Below are positions 1 to 13,600 of a stretch of DNA of 64,000 nt, piece by piece. The translations under genes and the position numbers were made by a program. The number at the start of each line of letters is the position of its first letter. Position 1 is the first letter of the stretch. This DNA comes from the human T2T-CHM13v2.0 reference genome, Homo sapiens: NCBI RefSeq assembly GCF_009914755.1, contig NC_060939.1; one strand, 5' to 3'. The notes under the pieces were generated by a model. It was not told the DNA's origin. It worked only from the letters and a program-made list of their open reading frames with translations, and searched no databases.

Positions 1-856
1 CACTCGATTCCACTTCGTTCCATTTCATTGCATTCCATTCTATTCAACTCTATTGCCTTCCATTCCATTCCATTCGATTACATTCCATGCGATTCCATTC
101 GAAATCGAATCAATTACATTGCAATCCATTACTATTGAGTCCGTTTTATTCCAGTCCACTGCATTCTGGTCCATTCCATTTGATTCCATTCCATTCTATT
201 CCATTCCATACAGTTGCATTCCATTGGATTCCATGCTATATCTATAAATTCAATTCGAGACCATTGCTTTTGAGTCCATTCTATATGATTCCATTCCATT
301 CAAGTCCATTACATTTGGTTCAATTCCATTCCATTCCATTCCCTTCCATTCCATTCCATTTGATATCAATCCATTCGATTCCATTATATTCGAGCACATT
401 CAATTCGAGTCCATTCCATTCGATGCCATTCCATTTGATTCTATTCCATTAGTCTCCATTCAATTCCATTAATCTCCATTCCATTCCATTCTACTCCAAC
501 TGATTCCATTCCATTCTATTCCTTTCCATTCCATTTCATTCCATTCCATTCCATTCCATTCCATTCCATTCCATTCCATTCGTGTCCATTCCACTCCAGT
601 CCATTCCATTCGTGTCCATTCCATTCCAGTCCGTTCCATTTGTGTCCACTGCATTCCATTCCACTCCATTCCATATTATTCCATTACACTCCCTTCCATT
701 CTATCACTTTCATTTCCATTCAATTCCATTCCATTTGATTCCATTCCACTCGGTTTCATTCCATTTGAGTCCACTCCATTCCATTCCATTGCATTCCATT
801 CAGTTCCATTCCATTCTGTTCCATTCCATTCCGTTCCATTACATTCCATTCCATTC

Positions 857-2650
857 GGTACCATTCCATATTGTTCCATTCGATTCCATTCGAATCCATT
901 CCATTCTAGTCCATTCCATTCGATTCCATTCCATTCATTTCAATTCCATTCCATTCCATTCCATTACATTCCACTTGATTCCTCTCCATTCCCTTCCACT
1001 GCATTCCGTTCGATTCCATTCCATTGCATTGCATTCCATTCCATTGGATTGCATTCCATTCGATTCCATTCCATTCGAATCAATTACATAGCAATCCATT
1101 ACATTCGAGTCTATTCTCTTCCGTTCCATTCGATTTCGTTCCAATCCATTCGATTCCATTCCATTCGATTCCATTCCATACTATTGCATTCCATTCGATT
1201 ACATTATATTCGAATAAGTTCCATTCAAGACCATTTCTTTTGAGTCCATTCTATTTGAGTCCATTCCCTTTGATTCCATAACATTTGAGTCCATTCAATT
1301 CCATTCCTTTCGTTTCCATTCCATTTGATGCCATTCCATTCAATTCTGTTCTACTCGACTCCAATACATTCAATTCCATTCCATCCGATTCCATTACATT
1401 CTTTTCATTTCTTATCCATTTCAAGCCATTCCACTCCATTCCATTCCACTCGTTTCCTTTCCATTCGAGTCCATTCCTCTCCAGTCCATTCCGTTCAATC
1501 CATTCCATTCCAGTCCATTCCATTCGAGTCCGTTCCATTCCAGTCCATTCCATTCGAGTCAATTCCATTCCATTCGATGTCTTTCCATAACGATCCATTC
1601 CATTCTATTCCTTTCGATTCCATTCCATTCTATTTCATTCCATTCGATTCCCTTCCATTGGACTCCTTTCCATTCGAGTGCATTCCATTCCTTTCCATTT
1701 CTTTCCGTTCTGTACGATTCCTACCGTTCGATTTCATTTTGTTCCAGTCCATTCCTTTCGCGTCCATTCCATTCCATTTCACTCCATTCGATTCCATTCC
1801 ACTCGATTCCACTTCGTTCCATTTCATTGCATTCCATTCTATTCAACTCTATTGCCTTCCATTCCATTCCATTCGATTACATTCCATGCGATTCCATTCG
1901 AAATCGAATCAATTACATTGCAATCCATTACTATTGAGTCCGTTTTATTCCAGTCCACTGCTTTCTGGTCCATTCCATTTGATTCCATTCCATTCTATTC
2001 CATTCCATACAGTTGCATTCCATTGGATTCCATGCTATATCTATAAATTCAATTCGAGACCATTGCTTTTGAGTCCATTCTATATGATTCCATTCCATTC
2101 AAGTCCATTACATTTGGTTCAATTCCATTCCATTCCATTCCCTTCCATTCCATTCCAGGTGATATCAATCCATTCGATTCCATTCCATTCGAGCACATTC
2201 CATTCGAGTCCATTCCATTCGATGCCATTCCATTTGATTCTATTCCATTAGTCTCCATTCAATTCCATTAATCTCCATTCCATTCCATTCTACTCCAACT
2301 GATTCCATTCCATTCTATTCCTTTCCATTCCATTTCATTCCATTCCATTCCATTTCATTCCATTCCATTCCATTCGTGTCCATTCCACTCCAGTCCATTC
2401 CATTCGTGTCCATTCCATTCCAGTCCATTCCATTTGTGTCCACTGCATTCCATTCCACTCCATTCCATATTATTCCATTACACTCCATTCCATTCTATTA
2501 CTTTCATTTCCATTCAATTCCATTCCATTTGATTCCATTCCACTCGGTTTCATTCCATTTGAGTCCACTCCATTCCATTCCATTCCATTCCATTCAGTTC
2601 CATTCCATTCTGTTCCATTCCATTCCGTTCCATTGCATTCCATTCCATTC
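857..2650 (+). repeat. Representative 1794 bp KpnI-to-KpnI monomer of the higher-order repeat
   Basis: GGTACC at 857-862 and again at 2651-2656 (1794 bp apart). Unit landmarks: gaatcaattacatagcaatcc, caagaccatttcttttgag, ctttccataacgatcc, ccgttctgtacgattcctaccg, gaaatcgaatcaattac, tctataaattcaattcgagacc, gatatcaatcc, ttagtctcc, ctccaactga. Confidence 0.95.
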
Positions 2651-3719
2651 GGTACCATTCCATATTGTTCCATTCGATTCCATTCGAATCCATTCCATTC
2701 CAGTCCATTCCATTCGATTCCATTCCATTCATTTCAATTCCATTCCATTCCATTCCATTCCACTTGATTCCACTCCATTCCCTTCCACTGCATTCCATTC
2801 GATTCCATTCCATTGCATTGCATTCCATTCCATTGGACTGCATTCCATTCGATTCCATTCCATTCGAATCAATTACATAGCAATCCATTACATTCGAGTC
2901 TATTCTATTCCGTTCCATTCGATTTCGTTCCAATCCATTCGATTCCATTCCATTCGATTCCATTCCATGCTATTGCATTCCATTCTATTACATTATATTC
3001 GAATAAGTTCCATTCAAGACCATTTCTTTTGAGTCCATTCTATTTGAGTCCATTCCCTTTGATTCCATAACATTTGAGTCCATTCAATTCCATTCCTTTC
3101 GTTTCCATTCCATTTGATGCCATTCCATTCAATTCTGTTCTACTCGACTCCAATACATTCAATTCCATTCCATCCGATTCCATTACATTCTTTTCATTTC
3201 CTATCCATTTCAAGCAATTCCACTCCATGCCATTCCACTCGTTTCCTTTCCATTCGAGTCCATTCCTCTCCAGTCCATTCCGTTCAATCCATTCCATTCC
3301 AGTCCATTCCATTCGAGTCCGTTCCATTCCAGTCCATTCCATTCGAGTCAATTCCATTCCATTCGATGTCTTTCCATAACGATCCATTCCATTCTATTCC
3401 TTTCGATACCATTCCATTCTATTTCATTCCATTCGATTCCCTTCCATTGGACTCCTTTCCATTCGAGTCCATTCCATTCCGTTCCATTTCTTTCCGTTCT
3501 GTACGATTCCTACCGTTTGATTTCATTTTGTTCCAGTCCATTCCTTTCGCGTCCATTCCATTCCATTTCACTCCATTCGATTCCATTCCACTCGATTCCA
3601 CTTCGTTCCATTTCATTGCATTCCATTCTATTCAACTCTATTGCCTTCCATTCCATTCCATTCGATTACATTCCATGCGATTCCATTCGAAATCGAATCA
3701 ATTACATTGCAATCCATTA

Positions 3720-6700
3720 CAATTGCGTCCGTTTTATTCCAGTCCACTGCATTCTGGTCCATACCATTTGATTCCATTCCATTCTATTCCATTCCATACA
3801 GTTGCATTCCATTGGATTCCATGCTATATCTATAAATTCAATTCGAGACCATTGCTTTTGAGTCCATTCTATATGATTCCATTCCATTCAAGTCCATTAC
3901 ATTTGGTTCAATTCCATTCCATTCCATTCCCTTCCATTCCATTCCATTTGATATCAATCCATTCGATTCCATTCCATTCGAGCACATTCCATTCGAGTCC
4001 ATTCCATTCGATGCCATTCCATTTGATTCTATTCCATTAGTCTCCATTCAATTCCATTAATCTCCATTCCATTCCATTCTACTCCAACTGATTCCATTCC
4101 ATTCTATTCCTTTCCATTCCATTTCATTCCATTCCATTCCATTCCATTCCATTCCATTCCATTCGTGTCCATTCCACTCCAGTCCATTCCATTCGTGTCC
4201 ATTCCATTCCAGTCCATTCCATTTGTGACCACTGCATTCCATTCCACTCCATTCCATATTATTCCATTACACTCCATTCCATTCTATCACTTTCATTTCC
4301 ATTCAATTCCATTCCATTTGATTCCATTCCACTCGGTTTCATTCCATTTGAGTCCACTCCATTCCATTCCATTCCATTCCATTCAGTTCCATTCCATTCT
4401 GTTCCATTCCATTCCGTTCCATTACATTCCATTCCATTCGGTACCATTCCATATTGTTCCATTCGATTCCATTCGAATCCATTCCATTCCAGTCCATTCC
4501 ATTCGATTCCATTCCATTCATTTCAATTCCATTCCATTCCATTCCATTACATTCCACTTGATTCCTCTCCATTCCCTTCCACTGCATTCCGTTCGATTCC
4601 ATTCCATTGCATTGCATTCCATTCCATTGGACTGCATTCCATTCGATTCCATTCTATTCGAATCAATTACATAGCAATCCATTACATTCGAGTCTATTCT
4701 ATTCCGTTCCATTCGATTTCGTTCCAATCCATTCGATTCCATTACATTCGATTCCATTCCATACTATTGCATTCCATTCGATTACATTGTATTCGAATAA
4801 GTTCCATTCAAGACCATTTCTTTTGAGTCCATTCTATTTGAGTCCATTCCCTTTGATTCCATAACATTTGAGTCCATTCAATTCCATTCCTTTCGTTTCC
4901 ATTCCATTTGATGCCATTCCATTCAATTCTGTTCTACTCGACTCCAATACATTCAATTCCATTCCATCCGATTCCATTACATTCTTTTCATTTCTTATCC
5001 ATTTCAAGTCATTCCACTCCATTCCATTCCACTCGTTTCCTTTCCATTCGAGTCCATTCCTCTCCAGTCCATTCCGTTCAATCCATTCCATTCCAGTCCA
5101 TTCCATTCCAGTCCGTTCCATTCCAGACCATTCCATTCGAGTCAATTCCATTCCATTCGATGTCTTTCCATAACGATCCATTCCATTCTATTCCTTTCGA
5201 TTCCATTCCATTCTATTTCATTCCATTCGATTCCCTTCCATTGGACTCCTTTCCATTCGAGTGCATTCCATTCCGTTCCATTTCTTTCCGTTCTGTACGA
5301 TTCGTACCGTTCGATTTCATTTTGTTCCAGTCCATTCCTTTCGCGTCCATTCCATTCCATTTCAATCCATTCGATTCCATTCCACTCGATTCCACTTCGT
5401 TCCATTTCATTGCATTCCATTCTATTCAACTCTATTGCCTTCCATTCCATTCCATTCGATTACATTCCATGCGATTCCATTCGAAATCGAATCAATTACA
5501 TTGCAATCCATTACTATTGAGTCCGTTTTATTCCAGTCCACTGCATTCTGGTCCATTCCATTTGATTCCATTCCATTCTATTCCATTCCATACAGTTGCA
5601 TTCCTTTGGATTCCATGCTATATTTATAAATTCAATTCGAGACCATTGCTTTTGAGTCCATTCTATATGATTCCATTCCATTCAAGTCCATTACATTTGG
5701 TTCAATTCCATTCCATTCCATTCCCTTCCATTCCATTCCACTTGATATCAATCCATTCGATTCCATTCCATTCGAGCACATTCCATTCGAGTCCATTCCA
5801 TTCGATGCCATTCCATTTGATTCTATTCCATTAGTCTCCATTCAATTCCATTAATCTCCATTCCATTCCATTCTACTCCAACAGATTCCATTCCATTCTA
5901 TTCCTTTCCATTCCATTTCATTCCATTCCATTCCATTTCATTCCATTCCATTCCATTCGCTTCCATTCCATTCGTGTCCATTCCACTCCAGTCCATTCCA
6001 TTCGTGTCCATTCCATTCCAGTCCATTCCATTTGTGTCCACTGCATTCCATTCCACTCCATTCCATATTATTCCATTACACTCCATTCCATTCTATTACT
6101 TTCATTTCCATTCAATTCCATTCCATTTGATTCCATTCCACTCGGTTTCATTCCATTTGAGTCCACTCCATTCCATTCCATTCCATTCCATTCAGTTCCA
6201 TTCCATTCTGTTCCATTCCATTCCGTTCCATTGCATTCCATTCCATTCGGTACCATTCCATATTGTTCCATTTGATTCCATTCGAATCCATTCCATTCCA
6301 GTCCATTCCATTCGATTCCATTGCATTCCTTTCAATTCCATTCCATTCCATTCCATTCCACTTGATTCCACTCCATTCCCTTCCACTGCATTCCATTCGA
6401 TTCCATTCCATTGCATTGCATTCCATTCCATTGGACTGCATTCCATTCGATTCCATTCCATGCGAATCAATTACATAGCAATCCATTACATTCGAGTCTA
6501 TTCTATTCCGTTCCATTCGATTTCGTTCCAATCCATTCGATTCCATTCCATTCGATTCCATTCCATACTATTGCATTCCATTCGATTACATTATATTCGA
6601 ATAAGTTCCATTCAAGACCATTTCTTTTGAGTCCATTCTATTTGAGTCCATTCCCTTTGATTCCATAACATTTGAGTCCATTCAATTCCATTCCTTTCGT

Positions 6701-9700
6701 TTCCATTCCATTTGATGCCATTCCATTCAATTCTGTTCTACTCGACTCCAATACATTCAATTCCATTCCATCCGATTCCATTACATTCTTTTCATTTCTT
6801 ATCCATTTCAAGTCATTCCACTCCATTCCATTCCACTCGTTTCCTTTCCATTCGAGTCCATTCCTCTCCAGTCCATTCCGTTCAATCCATTCCATTCCAG
6901 TCCATTCCATTCGAGTCCGTTCCATTCCAGTCCATTCCATTCGAGTCAATTCCATTCCATTCGATGTTTTCCATAACGATCCATTCCATTCTATTCCTTT
7001 CGATTCCATTCCATTCTATTTCATTCCATTCGATTCCCTTCCATTGGACTCCTTTCCATTCGAGTGCATTCCATTCCGTTCCATTTCTTTCCGTTCTGTA
7101 CGATTCCTACCGTTCGATTTCATTTTGTTCCAGTCCATTCCTTTCGCGTCCATTCCATTCCATTTCACTCCATTCGATTCCATTCCACTCGATTCCACTT
7201 CGTTCCATTTCATTGCATTCCATTCTATTCAACTCTATTGCCTTCCATTCCATTCCATTTGATTACATTCCATGCGATTCCATTCGAAATCGAATCAATT
7301 ACATTGCAATCCATTACAATTGAGTCCGTTTTATTCCAGTCCACTGCATTCTGGTCCATTCCATTTGATTCCATTCCATTCTATTCCATTCCATACAGTT
7401 GCATTCCTTTGGATTCCATGCTATATTTATAAATTCAATTCGAGACCATTGCTTTTGAGTCCATTCTATATGATTCCATTCCATTCAAGTCCATTACATT
7501 TGGTTCAATTCCATTCCATTCCATTCCCTTCCATTCCATTCCATTTGATATCAATCCATTCGATTCCATTCCATTCGAGCACATTCCATTCGAGTCCATT
7601 CCATTCGATGCCATTCCATTTGATTCTATTCCATTAGTCTCCATTCAATTCCATTAATCTCCATTCCATTCCATTCTACTCCAACTGATTCCATTCCATT
7701 CTATTCCTTTCCATTCCATTTCATTCCATTCCATTCCATTCCATTCCATTCCATTCCATTCCATTCGTGTCCATTCCACTCCAGTCCATTCCATTCGTGT
7801 CCATTCCATTCCAGTCCATTCCATTTGTGACCACTGCATTCCATTCCACTCCATTCCATATTATTCCATTACACTCCATTCCATTCTATCACTTTCATTT
7901 CCATTCAATTCCATTCCATTTGATTCCATTCCACTCGGTTTCATTCCATTTGAGTCCACTCCATTCCATTCCATTCCATTCCATTCAGTTCCATTCCATT
8001 CTGTTCCATTCCATTCCGTTCCATTACATTCCATTCCATTCGGTACCATTCCATATTGTTCCATTCGATTCCATTCGAATCCATTCCATTCCAGTCCATT
8101 CCATTCGATTCCATTCCATTCATTTCAATTCCATTCCATTCCATTCCATTACATTCCACTTGATTCCTCTCCATTCCCTTCCACTGCATTCCGTTCGATT
8201 CCATTCCATTGCATTGCATTCCATTCCATTGGACTGCATTCCATTCGATTCCATTGCATTCGAATCAATTACATAGCAATCCATTACATTCGAGTCTATT
8301 CTATTCCGTTCCATTCGATTTCGTTCCAATCCATTCGATTCCATTACATTCGATTCCATTCCATACTATTGCATTCCATTCGATTACATTGTATTCGAAT
8401 AAGTTCCATTCAAGACCATTTCTTTTGAGTCCATTCTATTTGAGTCCATTCCCTTTGATTCCATAACATTTGAGTCCATTCAATTCCATTCCTTTCGTTT
8501 CCATTCCATTTGATGCCATTCCATTCAATTCTGTTCTACTCGACTCCAATACATTCAATTCCATTCCATCCGATTCCATTACATTCTTTTCATTTCTTAT
8601 CCATTTCAAGTCATTCCACTCCATTCCATTCCACTCGTTTCCTTTCCATTCGAGTCCATTCCTCTCCAGTCCATTCCGTTCAATCCATTCCATTCCAGTC
8701 CATTCCATTCCAGTCCGTTCCATTCCAGACCATTCCATTCGAGTCAATTCCATTCCATTCGATGTCTTTCCATAACGATCCATTCCATTCTATTCCTTTC
8801 GATTCCATTCCATTCTATTTCATTCCATTCGATTCCCTTCCATTGGACTCCTTTCCATTCGAGTGCATTCCATTCCGTACCATTTCTTTCCGTTCTGTAC
8901 GATTCGTACCGTTCGATTTCATTTTGTTCCAGTCCATTCCTTTCGCGTCCATTCCATTCCATTTCACTCCATTCGATTCCATTCCACTCGATTCCACTTC
9001 GTTCCATTTCATTGCATTCCATTCTATTCAACTCTATTGCCTTCCATTCCATTCCATTCGATTACATTCCATGCGATTCCATTCGAAATCGAATCAATTA
9101 CATTGCAATCCATTACAATTGAGTCCGTTTTATTCCAGTCCACTGCATTCTGGTCCATTCCATTTGATTCCATTCCATTCTATTCCATTCCATACAGTTG
9201 CATTCCTTTGGATTCCATGCTATATTTATAAATTCAATTCGAGACCATTGCTTTTGAGTCCATTCTATATGATTCCATTCCATTCAAGTCCATTACATTT
9301 GGTTCAATTCCATTCCATTCCATTCCCTTCCATTCCATTCCACTTGATATCAATCCATTCGATTCCATTCCATTCGAGCACATTCCATTCGAGTCCATTC
9401 CATTCGATGCCATTCCATTTGATTCTATTCCATTAGTCTCCATTCAATTCCATTAATCTCCATTCCATTCCATTCTACTCCAACTGATTCCATTCCATTC
9501 TATTCCTTTCCATTCCATTTCATTCCATTCCATTCCATTTCATTCCATTCCATTCCATTCGCTTCCATTCCATTCGTGTCCATTCCACTCCAGTCCATTC
9601 CATTCGTGTCCATTCCATTCCAGTCCATTCCATTTGTGTCCACTGCATTCCATTCCACTCCATTCCATATTATTCCATTACACTCCATTCCATTCTATTA

Positions 9701-10600
9701 CTTTCATTTCCATTCAATTCCATTCCATTTGATTCCATTCCACTCGGTTTCATTCCATTTGAGTCCACTCCATTCCATTCCATTCCATTCCATTCAGTTC
9801 CATTCCATTCTGTTCCATTCCATTCCGTTCCATTGCATTCCATTCCATTCGGTACCATTCCATATTGTTCCATTTGATTCCATTCGAATCCATTCCATTC
9901 CAGTCCATTCCATTCGATTCCATTCCATTCCTTTCAATTCCATTCCATTCCATTCCATTCCACTTGATTCCACTCCATTCCCTTCCACTGCATTCCATTC
10001 GATTCCATTCCATTACATTGCATTCCATTCCATTGGACTGCATTCCATTCGATTCCATTCCATGCGAATCAATTACATAGCAATCCATTACATTCGAGTC
10101 TATTCTATTCCGTTCCATTCGATTTCGTTCCAATCCATTCGATTCCATTCCATTCGATTCCATTCCATACTATTGCATTCCATTCGATTACATTATATTC
10201 GAATAAGTTCCATTCAAGACCATTTCTTTTGAGTCCATTCTATTTGAGTCCATTCCCTTTGATTCCATAACATTTGAGTCCATTCAATTCCATTCCTTTC
10301 GTTTCCATTCCATTTGATGCCATTCCATTCAATTCTGTTCTACTCGACTCCAATACATTCAATTCCATTCCATCCGATTCCATTACATTCTTTTCATTTC
10401 TTATCCATTTCAAGCCATTCCACTCCATTCCATTCCACTCGTTTCCTTTCCATTCGAGTCCATTCCTCTCCAGTCCATTCCGTTCAATCCATTCCATTCC
10501 AGTCCATTCCATTCGAGTCCGTTCCATTCCAGTCCATTCCATTCGAGTCAATTCCATTCCATTCGATGTTTTCCATAACGATCCATTCCATTCTATTCCT
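3720..10600 (+). repeat. Local dimeric (2-unit, ~3602 bp) tandem duplication
   Basis: Shared private variants about 3602 bp apart: tttgtgacc (~4222/~7824), attacattgt (~4781/~8383), ccagacc (~5123/~8725), ttcgtaccg (~5301/~8903), ccatgcgaatc (~6458/~10060), 1-bp deletion gatgttttcc (6963/10565). Boundaries approximate. Confidence 0.85.
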
Positions 10601-13600
10601 TTCGATTCCATTCCATTCTATTTCATTCCATTCGATTCCCTTCCATTGGCCTCCTTTCCATTCGAGTGCATTCCATTCCGTTCCATTTCTTTCCGTTCTG
10701 TACGTTTCCTACCGTTCGATTTCATTTTGTTCCAGTCCATTCCTTTCACGTCCATTCCATTCCATTTCACTCCATTCGATTCCATTCCACTCGATTCCAC
10801 TTCGTTCCATTTCATTGCATTCCATTCTATTCAACTCTATTGCCTTCCATTCCATTCCATTCGATTACATTCCATGCGATTCCATTCGAAATCGAATCAA
10901 TTACATTGCAATCCATTACTATTGAGTCCATTTTATTCCAGTCCACTGCATTCTGGTCCATTCCATTTGATTCCATTCCATTCTATTCCATTCCATACAG
11001 TTGCATTCCATTGGATTCCATTCTATATCTATAAATTCAATTCGAGACCATTGCTTTTGAGTCCATTCTATATGATTCCATTCCATTCAAGTCCATTACA
11101 TTTGGTTCAATTCCATTCCATTCCATTCCCTTCCATTCCATTCCAGTTGATATCAATCCATTCGATTCCATTCCATTCGAGCACATTCCATTCCAGTCCA
11201 TTCCATTCGATGCCATTCCATTTGATTCTATTCCATTAGTCTCCATTCAATTCCATTAATCTCCATTCCATTCCATTCTACTCCAACTGATTCCATTCCA
11301 TTCTATTCCTTTCCATTCCATTTCATTCCATTCCATTCCATTTCATTCCATTCCATTCCATTCCATTCCATTCGCTTCCATTCCATTCGTGTCCATTCCA
11401 TTCCAGTCCATTCCATTTGTGTCCACTGCATTCCATTCCACTCCATTCCATATTATTCCATTACACTCCATTCCATTCTATTACTTTCATTTCCATTCAA
11501 TTCCATTCCATTTGATTCCATTCCACTCGGTTTCATTCCATTTGAGTCCACTCCATTCCGTTCCATTCCATTCAGTTCCATTCCATTCTGTTCCATTCCA
11601 TTCCGTTCCATTACATTCCATTCCATTCGGTACCATTCCATATTGTTCCATTCGATTCCATTCGAATCCATTCCATTCCAGTCCATTCCATTCGATTCCA
11701 TTCCATTCATTTCAATTCCATTCCATTCCATTCCATTACATTCCACTTGATTCCTCTCCATTCCCTTCCACTGCATTCCGTTCGATTCCATTCCATTGCA
11801 TTGCATTCCATTCCATTGGATTGCATTCCATTCGATTCCATTCCATTCGAATCAATTACATAGCAATCCATTACATTCGAGTCTATTCTATTCCGTTCCA
11901 TTCGATTTCGTTCCAATCCATTCGATTCCATTCCATTCGATTCCATTCCATACTATTGCATTCCATTCGATTACATTATATTCGAATAAGTTCCATTCAA
12001 GACCATTTCTTTTGAGTCCATTCTATTTGAGTCCATTCCCTTTGATTCCATAACATTTGAGTCCATTCAATTCCATTCCTTTCGTTTCCATTCCATTTGA
12101 TGCCATTCCATTCAATTCTGTTCTACTCGACTCCAATACATTCAATTCCATTCCATCCGATTCCATTACATTCTTTTCATTTCTTATCCATTTCAAGCCA
12201 TTCCACTCCATTCCATTCCACTCGTTTCCTTTCCATTCGAGTCCATTCCTCTCCAGTCCATTCCGTTCAATCCATTCCATTCCAGTCCATTCCATTCGAG
12301 TCCGTTCCATTCCAGTCCATTCCATTCGAGTCAATTCCATTCCATTCGATGTCTTTCCATAACGATCCATTCCATTCTATTCCTTTCGATTCCATTCCAT
12401 TCTATTTCATTCCATTCGATTCCCTTCCATTGGACTCCTTTCCATTCGAGTGCATTCCATTCCGTTCCATTTCTTTCCGTTCTGTACGATTCCTACCGTT
12501 CGATTTCATTTTGTTCCAGTCCATTCCTTTCGGGTCCATTCCATTCCATTTCTCTCCATTCGATTCCATTCCACTCGATTCCACTTCGTTCCATTTCATT
12601 GCATTCCATTCTATTCAACTCTATTGCCTTCCATTCCATTCCATTCGATTACATTCCATGCGATTCCATTCGAAATCGAATCAATTACATTGCAATCCAT
12701 TACTATTGAGTCCGTTTTATTCCAGTCCACTGCATTCTGGTCCATTCCATTTGATTCCATTCCATTCTATTCCATTCCATACAGTTGCATTCCATTGGAT
12801 TCCATGCTATATGTATAAATTCAATTCGAGACCATTGCTTTTGAGTCCATTCTATATGATTCCATTCCATTCAAGTCCATTACATTTGGTTCAATTCCAT
12901 TCCATTCCATTCCCTTCCATTCCATTCCATTTGATATCAATCCATTCGATTCCATTCCATTCGAGCACATTCCATTCGAGTCCATTCCATTCGATGCCAT
13001 TCCATTTGATTCTATTCCATTAGTCTCCATTCAATTCCATTAATCTCCATTCCATTCCATTCTACTCCAACTGATTCCATTCCATTCTATTCCTTTCCAT
13101 TCCATTTCATTCCATTCCATTCCATTTCATTCCATTCCATTCCATTCGTGTCCATTCCACTCCAGTCCATTCCATTCGTGTCCATTCCATTCCAGTCCAT
13201 TCCATTTGTGTCCACAGCATTCCATTCCACTCCATTCCATATTATACCATTACACTCCATTCCATTCTATTACTTTCATTTCCATTCAATTCCATTCCAT
13301 TTGATTCCATTCCACTCGGTTTCATTCCATTTGAGTCCACTCCATTCCATTCCATTCCATTCCATTCAGTTCCATTCCATTCTGTTCCATTCCATTCCGT
13401 TCCATTACATTCCATTCCATTCGGTACCATTCCATATTGTTCCATTCGATTCCATTCGAATCCATTCCATTCCAGTCCATTCCATTCGATTCCATTCCAT
13501 TCATTTCAATTCCATTCCATTCCATTCCATTACATTCCACTTGATTCCTCTCCATTCCCTTCCACTGCATTCCGTTCGATTCCATTCCATTGCATTGCAT

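Noticed and set aside
95-115. Heat-shock element at ttcgaaatcgaatc
   Set aside because: It does not form three alternating inverted nGAAn units with correct spacing. The array's nTTCn units are head-to-tail.
236-250. TATA-like ctatatctataaatt once per unit
   Set aside because: It is an AT-rich variant homologous to attatattcgaataagtt in the other half of the unit. No other promoter evidence is visible, so it is not called as regulatory.
1325-2251. Recurrent 308-321 aa ORFs (MMPFHSILF...) and all other FHSIP- or MEWNG-rich ORFs
   Set aside because: (CATTC)n translates to stop-free HSIPF repeats and (GAATG)n to MEWNG repeats. The ORFs overlap in all frames, recur once per unit, are freely frameshifted by 1-bp and 5-bp indels, and show no domain signature.
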